This document shows positions 18,064 through 24,389 of a stretch of DNA of 64,000 bases, piece by piece (the first letter of the stretch is position 1; every line of letters begins with the position of its first letter). The position numbers and the translations under genes are program-made. Under the pieces are notes generated by a model, which was not told the DNA's origin, did not search any database, and saw only the letters and a program-made list of their open reading frames with translations. Origin of the DNA: Brevundimonas sp. (lineage in GTDB: Bacteria; Pseudomonadota; Alphaproteobacteria; Caulobacterales; Caulobacteraceae); contig NZ_JAUSOE010000030.1 of assembly GCF_030656255.1 (NCBI RefSeq), forward strand, positions 8,319-72,318, read 5' to 3'.

Positions 18064-18669
18064 TCAGGCGGCGGCGGTCCCGGGCCAGAAGGTCCGGTCG
18101 ACCAGGCCGCGCACACGGCTGAAGGCGGCCGAGGCGCCGGCCATGACCCGCGCGTCCTCATCCACCGTCAGGTCGAGGGCGTCGAGGGCGGCGGTGAAGC
18201 TGCGCCAATGGTTGGCGCGGCCCTCGGGCGAGGCGGCAAGGTGGCGGGCGCCGAACTCGGCCGACAGGCCCAGGCCTGCGGCGGCCTTCAGCAGAAAGGC
18301 GGCGCCCAGGTTCGATCCCTCGGCCACATAGAGCCAGCCCAGGGCTGTGGGCGCGTCCACCGGCTCGCCCGGTCCAAAGCGGGGCTGGTCATCTTCCGGC
18401 GCAGGGGCGGCGCCCAGATCGGCCAGATCCGCGCAGACTTGCTGGTAACGGCGGCGGTCGGCCAGATCTGGGATCTTGTTCGCCAGCGCGGGCGCGTCGT
18501 AGAGGGCGGCGATGTCGCGATGGAATAGCTGCTGGACCCGCAGGAAGTCCGCATAGGCGTCGCGGCTGGCGAAGGGTTCCGCCTTCATGATCGCCTGATC
18601 CAGCCCATCGTGAACGCCATGGGTGGCGGCCTTCAGACGTCTGGCGCGGCTCGTATCGACTTCGGTCAT
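18064..18669 (-). CDS. bphO: Biliverdin-producing heme oxygenase (BphO type)
   Basis: EPFASRDAYADFLRVQQLFHRD...ALGWLYVAEGSNLGAAFLLKAA...FGARHLA...FTAALD aligns well with P. aeruginosa BphO as I recall it. ATG at 18669 (the track starts one codon earlier at a TTG). Confidence 0.85.
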   Translation of the reverse strand: MTEVDTSRARRLKAATHGVHDGLDQAIMKAEPFASRDAYADFLRVQQLFHRDIAALYDAPALANKIPDLADRRRYQQVCADLADLGAAPAPEDDQPRFGPGEPVDAPTALGWLYVAEGSNLGAAFLLKAAAGLGLSAEFGARHLAASPEGRANHWRSFTAALDALDLTVDEDARVMAGASAAFSRVRGLVDRTFWPGTAAA

Positions 18670-18700
18670 CAAACGCCTCGGGTTGCTGAGGCTGGAGCTA

Positions 18701-18729
18701 ACCTACTTGCGAATAAATCGCAAGTAGGT
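18701..18729. other. Perfect 12-bp inverted repeat between the yjfC-like gene and bphO
   Basis: ACCTACTTGCGA-ataaa-TCGCAAGTAGGT. It lies 10 nt after the yjfC-like stop and 31 nt before the bphO ATG. No T-run follows on the minus strand. Confidence 0.6.
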
Positions 18730-18738
18730 CGGTGGTCC

Positions 18739-19905
18739 TCAGTCGCGAATGAAGTGGGGCACGAAGCGCGAAGTGTTGCGGGTGATCCGGCCCGTGTCCT
18801 CTCGCAGGCTGATGCCGGCCGGTTCTTCGCCGACAACCCAGGAACCGACGATGACATAGTTGTCGTCGAACAGGGGCGGATTGTGCAGGGCCTGACGGAT
18901 GTAGCGGCCCTCGCCATAGCCGCCGTCCACGACCTCGGCCGCGCTTAGCCCCTGGTCGATCAGTTCGACATTGTCGCCTTCGCGCGAGAACAGGGGCTTT
19001 CTGACATAGGAGGTCCCCAGGGCCGTCTCCCTAGGATCACCCTCGAAATAGGATTCCAGCAGATTGGGGTGGCCGGGGTGGCGTTCCCACAGCAAGGGCA
19101 GGATGGCCTTGTTCGACAACAGGCTCTTCCACGCCGGCTCCAGCACCGTGACCTCGGCGGTCGGCAAAGGGGCGGCGTAGTCGTCGCGCAGCATCTGCTC
19201 CCACGGATAGAGCTTGAACATCGCCTGGATGATCCAGTTCTCATGATCGACGAACCGGCCGTCTTCGTTCAGGCCGATCTGGTCGATGGCGACGAACTGA
19301 GGGTCCAGCCCAGCCTGGCGTGCGAGGTCCTCGAGGAAACGCACCGTCTGGCGATCCTCGACGAAGTCGGCGTCGGAGCTGAAATGGAGGAAACCGCCGT
19401 CCGGGAAGATGGCGCGGAACCGATCGACCAGCTTTTCATGCAGGCTGTTGAACTGGTCGGCGTCGGCGGGCAGGACGCCGGCGGCGATCTGGTCCTCCAG
19501 CCACAGCCACTGGAACACCGCCGTCTCATAGATGCTGGTCGGGGTGTCGGCGTTGTATTCGTACAGTTTGGCCGGACCCGCGCCATCATAGGCGAAGTCG
19601 AACCGGCCATACAGCGACGGCTCCTGCCGTTTCCAGCTGTCGGCGACATAGTCCCGCATCGGCTCGGGGATATCGAGCTGCTCCATCAGCCGCTCGGACT
19701 GGACCGCTTCATTGACCAGGTCCAGGCAGAGGCCGTGCAGTTCGGCGGTCGGCACCTCGATCCCATCCTCGATCTGGGCCAGCGAGAAGGCGTAGGCGGC
19801 CGTCTCGTCCCAGTAGGGTTTGCCGTCGGTATGGCGCCAGGTGAAGCCGAGTTCCTCGGCCTTGGCGTCCCAGTCGGTGCGGGGTTCGAGGCGCAGACGT
19901 TCCAT
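18739..19905 (-). CDS. yjfC: Glutathionylspermidine synthase-like ATP-grasp ligase (YjfC/YgiC family)
   Basis: WDAKAEELGFTWRHTDGKPYWDETAAYAFSLAQIE...LYGRFDFAYDG...KLYEYNADTPTS...SNKAILPLLWERHPGHPNLL...YVRKPLFSREGDNV is the GSP-synth pre-ATP-grasp family pattern. Confidence 0.85.
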   Translation of the reverse strand: MERLRLEPRTDWDAKAEELGFTWRHTDGKPYWDETAAYAFSLAQIEDGIEVPTAELHGLCLDLVNEAVQSERLMEQLDIPEPMRDYVADSWKRQEPSLYGRFDFAYDGAGPAKLYEYNADTPTSIYETAVFQWLWLEDQIAAGVLPADADQFNSLHEKLVDRFRAIFPDGGFLHFSSDADFVEDRQTVRFLEDLARQAGLDPQFVAIDQIGLNEDGRFVDHENWIIQAMFKLYPWEQMLRDDYAAPLPTAEVTVLEPAWKSLLSNKAILPLLWERHPGHPNLLESYFEGDPRETALGTSYVRKPLFSREGDNVELIDQGLSAAEVVDGGYGEGRYIRQALHNPPLFDDNYVIVGSWVVGEEPAGISLREDTGRITRNTSRFVPHFIRD

Positions 19906-19907
19906 GG

Positions 19908-20648
19908 TCAGGCCGGGTCTTTGTCGGGCGTCGATTGGCCGATGCGCGGCGTGACTACGGTCACGTCCGGCTGGCTGAGGCGGGCCAGGACGTCGTCGGC
20001 CGACGAATGACCTGGCAGGATGCCGGCCTCGCGCAGCTTGGCGTCCAGGTCGGCGCCGGTGCGGCGGTCTTCCAGGGCTTGGTTCGCATTCAGCTTTTCT
20101 TCCTGGATGGCCTGGCGCTGTTTGATGCGTTGCAGGCTGTCGGCGGCCGAGCCGATGCGCGACTGGGCGCCGGCCGAGTTCAGGGCGACCGAGGTCTGGG
20201 CGCGCTGGACGGAGTCGTTGACCTTGACGATGTCGATCTCGCGACGAAGCGTTTCGATCTTCTGGTCGGTCGAGGCGATGGCGGTGCGCAGACGGGTCTC
20301 GGCCGTTTTCATGTCCTCGATCAGCGGGCCGCGGCTGGTGATCTCGACTTCCAGTTCGGCGATGCGGCCGGCGACCTCGCGGGCCAGGTCGGTCTTGCCC
20401 TGGCCCAGAGCCGAGCGGGCCGAGCTTTCGTATTTGGCGATCTGGTCGCGGAAGCTGGCCATTTCGTTTTCGGCCATGCGGCGGCGGGCTACCAGGCCGG
20501 CCAGGTCGTCGCGCGCCTTGCCTTGAGCATTGTCGGCGTCGCGGATTTCCTGGTCGAGGATCTTCAGCGCATTGGCGTCGACGACGCCCTGGGCGGCGTC
20601 ATGGGCCGAACCGCGGAACAGGGCGGAGAGTTTTCTGAGCATGGACAT
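19908..20648 (-). CDS. yjfJ: PspA/IM30 family protein (YjfJ-like)
   Basis: MSMLRKLSALFRGSAHDAAQGVVDANALKILDQEIRDADN...RRRMAENEMASFRDQIAKYESSARSALGQGKTDLAREVAG is the PspA/IM30 coiled-coil signature. Confidence 0.9.
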   Translation of the reverse strand: MSMLRKLSALFRGSAHDAAQGVVDANALKILDQEIRDADNAQGKARDDLAGLVARRRMAENEMASFRDQIAKYESSARSALGQGKTDLAREVAGRIAELEVEITSRGPLIEDMKTAETRLRTAIASTDQKIETLRREIDIVKVNDSVQRAQTSVALNSAGAQSRIGSAADSLQRIKQRQAIQEEKLNANQALEDRRTGADLDAKLREAGILPGHSSADDVLARLSQPDVTVVTPRIGQSTPDKDPA

Positions 20649-20663
20649 GGTCGGGTCTCCGGA

Positions 20664-21344
20664 TCAGGCGGCGTCGGCGCCGAAGGTTTCACGCAGTTCG
20701 GTGGCGTCGATCGCATTCTCGGCCAGGGTGCGCAGTTCTATGAGGATGGTCTGCAGGGTCGTCTTGCACGACAGTTCGCCCATCAGCTCATACACGTCTT
20801 CGCCGCCGACGTTGGTAATGGCGAAGTTGGACAGGGGCACCACGCGCTGGGCCTTCAGCAGGAACTCGTTGAAGGCGTGGCGGTCGGCCTGTTCGGCGAC
20901 GGGCCACAGCAGGACCGAACAAACGATCTGGGCGCCGCCGACGCTCAGATAGACCGGCAGATCGCCGTATTCGTGCATGGTCGCCAGCAGCACAGGCTCG
21001 GCGCCCTCCAGCACGCGCAGGGTCATCTCGCCCTCGCGCAGCAGGGGGGATTCGTCCAGCGCCGCCTTGATGGCGGGCACGGTCCAGGGGGTTTCGATCA
21101 CGGCGTCCATATGGTGGTCGTCTCCAGGGGTGATGGAATGAGAAGTGGGGCGGCGCGCGCGGCCGGCAAGGCGGGGTCCGCGGGTGGAATCGGTGATGAT
21201 GGCGCGGACGGCGGCCTTGACGTCGTCGCGGGCGGATTCGGGCACCCAGAGCTCCAGCTTGACCAGTCCCGCCTCACGACGCGCCTGCCGCCACGCACGG
21301 ATGCGATCATTGGCGGCGGACGAGGGCGGGATGGCGCTGGGCAT
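20664..21344 (-). CDS. yjfI: YjfI-like DUF2170 protein; the open frame carries a 78-codon N-terminal extension
   Basis: The DUF2170 core starts by MDAVIETPWTV (ATG 21110, GGAG upstream): ...GDLPVYLSVGGAQIVCSVLLWP...VPLSNFAITNVGGEDVYELMGELS. The same frame is open up to the ATG at 21344 with high-GC third positions. Confidence 0.65.
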   Translation of the reverse strand: MPSAIPPSSAANDRIRAWRQARREAGLVKLELWVPESARDDVKAAVRAIITDSTRGPRLAGRARRPTSHSITPGDDHHMDAVIETPWTVPAIKAALDESPLLREGEMTLRVLEGAEPVLLATMHEYGDLPVYLSVGGAQIVCSVLLWPVAEQADRHAFNEFLLKAQRVVPLSNFAITNVGGEDVYELMGELSCKTTLQTILIELRTLAENAIDATELRETFGADAA

Positions 21345-21370
21345 GTTTCATGAAACGCGTAACATGAACG
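21345..21370. promoter_or_regulatory. Palindrome and repeat cluster in the divergent yjfI / K-channel control region
   Basis: GTTTCATGAAAC (perfect 12-bp palindrome, 21345-21356) abuts the ATG at 21344. CATGAAACG and CATGAACG recur 14 nt apart. A TTGACT -35-like hexamer follows at 21372. Confidence 0.3.
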
Positions 21371-21422
21371 CTTGACTTCGCCTAGGGGTCTGCGATCAAT
21401 TGGCTCGGACCGAGGGGATGGC

Positions 21423-22469
21423 ATGTTGTTGCCGAGGATGAAACTGGCGCTGATCTTCGACCGGGCGTTTCACGCCATGGCCGATATGCACTGGCGGATG
21501 CTGACCGGGCTGATCCTGTTTCATGCGGTTTCGTCCTGGCTCCTGCTGGCCTTGGCGGGAGAAACCGAGCTTCATCCGCCTGCGACTTTCATCTACTGGT
21601 ACGCGACGACCGCCTATACCGTAGGTTATGGGGATCTCAGCCCGCAAGGCGCAGCCGGACGGCTGGTCACCGCGATCTGGATATTCCCCGGCGCCATCGC
21701 CGCCTTCACGACCGTGGTGGCCAAGGTTCTGGGCGCAATCGGCGACATCTGGCGCGTGCGCCGCGCCGGAAAGGGAGACTATTCCAAGATGAGCGATACG
21801 ATCATTCTGATCGGCTATCATCCGGCTCGGACGCCCAAGATGATCAGCGAACTGTGCGCTGAACTGAACACGACCCAGACCCTGGTCCTGGTGACGCGTC
21901 AGGTCATCGCCGATCTGGATTCGCGCATCCGTTATGTTCAGAGCGAGAGCCTGACCTCGGCCGAAGGACTCGCTCGCGCCGGAGCGGCCGGCGCCAGCCG
22001 CATCCTGGTGTACGCCGACAATGATTCCGACACCCTGACCGCGACCTTGGCCGCGTCAGCGGCGGCGCCTGCGACCGCGCATATCGTCTGCTTCTTCGAA
22101 GACGCCGACAGCGCGCGCCTATTGGCCCAGCACTGTCCGCACGTCGAAATCGTCCTGTCGTCGGGGCCGGAAATGCTGGCGCGCTCTGCTCGCGACCCCG
22201 GCTCCAGCCAGGTCATCAGCGCCCTGACCAGCCAGTTGGACGAGAGCGCCACCCTGTTCAGTCTGAAATGGCAGGGCGGGGCTCGGTCAATCGGCAAGCT
22301 GACCCAGGGGCTTCTCGATCACAAAGCGACCCTTCTGGCGCTGCAGCCGCAGGGCGCCGATGCGCCGCGTTTCAACCCGCCGGCCGAAACGGACGTAGAG
22401 GCGGGCGACCGCTTGTTCTATGTGTCTTCAGCCCGGCTGGATCAGGCCAGCTTGGCGGGAAGCCGGTAA
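21423..22469 (+). CDS. Two-TM potassium channel with a degenerate RCK/TrkA-N-like cytoplasmic domain
   Basis: The selectivity filter TAYTVGYGDLSP is flanked by TM helices. The C-terminal Rossmann-like domain starts TIILIGYHPARTP, where GxGxxG would be expected. ATG 21423 is preferred over the TTG at 21372. Confidence 0.8.
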   Translation: MLLPRMKLALIFDRAFHAMADMHWRMLTGLILFHAVSSWLLLALAGETELHPPATFIYWYATTAYTVGYGDLSPQGAAGRLVTAIWIFPGAIAAFTTVVAKVLGAIGDIWRVRRAGKGDYSKMSDTIILIGYHPARTPKMISELCAELNTTQTLVLVTRQVIADLDSRIRYVQSESLTSAEGLARAGAAGASRILVYADNDSDTLTATLAASAAAPATAHIVCFFEDADSARLLAQHCPHVEIVLSSGPEMLARSARDPGSSQVISALTSQLDESATLFSLKWQGGARSIGKLTQGLLDHKATLLALQPQGADAPRFNPPAETDVEAGDRLFYVSSARLDQASLAGSR

Positions 22470-22472
22470 AAG

Positions 22473-23120
22473 ATGTTCAAGAAACTCTTCGGATCATCGA
22501 GCAAGGTCGAGCCCGCCTCCAAGCTGGCGACCGTGCGCAACATCACCGTGGGCCGCACCGTGTCGCTGGATCCGCTGGCCTGGCGTCGATTGGGCGATGA
22601 GACCCATTTCGTTCTGGATCGGGACGTGCTGGACATTTCGGCCCAGGGTCTGGTCAGTCTGGACAGCGGCCAGTTCGTCCACCGCTTCTACACCGACGAC
22701 CACGTCATGCTTCAGGCCATGAGCGACGATGAGGCGGGCGCCGAAAGCTATGATTTCAGCCTGTTCATCCCCTGGACCTCGGCCTATCCGCCGGGCGAGC
22801 GGGAGCGCCGGATCTGGCGCGACCGTCTGTCGGCGCCGGTGTTCCATGGCGCGGCGGAGGAGTTGCCGGACTATCCGCGCTTTTGGTTCGCCGAGAGCGA
22901 CGCCGTTCAGCCGCCGGTCACTCTATGGGAAACCATCTGGGACGACCGGACGGCGACCACCCCCTACGCCAAGATCTTCCAGACCTGCATGTTGTACGCA
23001 CGCGATCTGGCGGACGGACGCGAACTGATGATCGCCCTGGAGCAACAGCCCGAGGGTGGCGAGACGACGCACGAAATCATGATCGGCATTCCACTGGAAA
23101 TGGCCGAGTTCCGCGCCTGA
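22473..23120 (+). CDS. yjfK: DUF2491 protein (YjfK-like)
   Basis: MFKKLFG... and ...QFVHRFYTDDHVMLQAM... resemble E. coli YjfK as remembered. It starts 3 nt after the channel stop. Confidence 0.7.
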   Translation: MFKKLFGSSSKVEPASKLATVRNITVGRTVSLDPLAWRRLGDETHFVLDRDVLDISAQGLVSLDSGQFVHRFYTDDHVMLQAMSDDEAGAESYDFSLFIPWTSAYPPGERERRIWRDRLSAPVFHGAAEELPDYPRFWFAESDAVQPPVTLWETIWDDRTATTPYAKIFQTCMLYARDLADGRELMIALEQQPEGGETTHEIMIGIPLEMAEFRA

Positions 23121-23146
23121 CCGCGCGATCCGAAAGGGAAGACCGA

Positions 23147-23560
23147 ATGTTCGACTGGTTCATTTTTCAGCAGGGCGCGATCGCCTTCCTGATCGCCTTC
23201 GCCGTCGCCGGCGGCTTCACCCTGGCCTTCAAGCTGGTTTACCAGTGGGTCACGCCCTATCACGAGCATACGCTGATCCGTGAAGGCAACACCGCCGCCG
23301 CCATCGCCCTGGGCGGGGCCCTGATCGGCTATGTCCTGCCCCTGGCCTCGGCCCTGTCGCACACCGTCAGCCTGGTGGAGTTCGCGGCCTGGGCCCTGCT
23401 GGCCGGCGTGATCCAGATCGTGGTCTTCGTCGCCATCAGCCGCATGGCCTTCCGCAATCTGGTGGCCCGGATCGAGGCGGGCGAAATCGCTGCGGCCGTC
23501 TATCTGGCCTCCATCTCCATCTGCGTCGGGCTGCTGAACGCCGCCTGCATGACGTCGTGA
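23147..23560 (+). CDS. yjfL: DUF350 membrane protein (YjfL-like)
   Basis: MFDWFIFQQGAIAFLIAFAVAGGFTLAFKLVYQWVTPYHEHTLIREGNTAAAIALGG..., with four TM helices in the DUF350 pattern. Confidence 0.8.
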   Translation: MFDWFIFQQGAIAFLIAFAVAGGFTLAFKLVYQWVTPYHEHTLIREGNTAAAIALGGALIGYVLPLASALSHTVSLVEFAAWALLAGVIQIVVFVAISRMAFRNLVARIEAGEIAAAVYLASISICVGLLNAACMTS

Positions 23561-24189
23561 CCGCCATGACCGATCCCAAGGACCTGCCCAAGACGGAAAC
23601 CATGCGCCGGCTGAAGCGCTCGCGCATCCTGCATGTCAGCAGTCTGATGGCGACCGCCAGCTTCTCGCTGGCCGCCTGTAGCTCGCCGCAGGTGCGCGCG
23701 CCCGAGCCCGAGCCGGAACCCGCCCTGGCCTACGCCAGTCTGGACGAGTGCCGCGCCGCCAACGACATCCCCGACGACCAGTGCGACGCCGCCCTGGCCA
23801 AGGCTCAGGAAGAAGCCGCCAAGACCGCCCCACGCTATGCGACGCGCGAAGAATGCGAAGGCCAGTGGGGGCCGTCGCAATGTCAGCCCAACAATCAGGG
23901 CGGCAATGGATCCTTCTTCACGCCTCTGCTGGCGGGGTTCGTGGTCGGCCAGTTGTTGAACGGCGGCGGTTATCGCGGCGGCGGCCCGCTGTATCGCGAC
24001 CGTGAGAACCGCTACTCGAACGGCTACGGCGGCGGCTACACCTATCGCGACTACCGAACCGGTCGCACCGTCACCAACGCCCGCGAACATGGCGATGTGG
24101 CGCGCCAGGCGCCGGCCCGGGTGCAGAGCCGCACGGCCGTCGTCTCGCGCGGCGGCTTCGGCGGGGGCGGTCGCAGCTACGGCGGCTAG
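23557..24189 (+). CDS. yjfM: DUF1190 lipoprotein (YjfM-like)
   Basis: Lipobox LAAC. ...CRAANDIPDDQCDAALAKAQEEAAKTAPRYATREECEGQWG...GSFFTPLLAGFVVGQLL...VSRGGFGGGG parallels E. coli YjfM. The GTG start overlaps the yjfL stop (GTGA); an ATG alternative is at 23566. Confidence 0.85.
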   Translation: MTAMTDPKDLPKTETMRRLKRSRILHVSSLMATASFSLAACSSPQVRAPEPEPEPALAYASLDECRAANDIPDDQCDAALAKAQEEAAKTAPRYATREECEGQWGPSQCQPNNQGGNGSFFTPLLAGFVVGQLLNGGGYRGGGPLYRDRENRYSNGYGGGYTYRDYRTGRTVTNAREHGDVARQAPARVQSRTAVVSRGGFGGGGRSYGG

Positions 24190-24225
24190 CCGCCCCGCAG
24201 GCGGAAACAAATCAGGCTGAACAAG

Positions 24226-24268
24226 CGGCCCGTCAGACGTCCTCCTGGGCGTCCGGCGGGCCGTTTTT
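24226..24268 (+). terminator. Rho-independent terminator after the yjfM-like gene
   Basis: CGGCCCG...GACG-loop-CGTC...CGGGCCG followed by TTTTT. Confidence 0.75.
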
Positions 24269-24389
24269 GCTGTCCGGGAGCGGCGAACGCGACAGCGCCG
24301 TGAAGTTTGAATGAAAAGCCCTGTCACACATTGAGGGGCTTTGAGGCCCGGTCGTTGAAGCGCCTAGAACTCACTGGGGGCTACCTGAA

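Noticed and set aside
24321-24337. CTGTCAC upstream of the first TonB-dependent receptor, considered as a Pho box.
   Set aside because: Only one half-site is present. The expected second CTGTCA(T/C) 11 nt away is absent.
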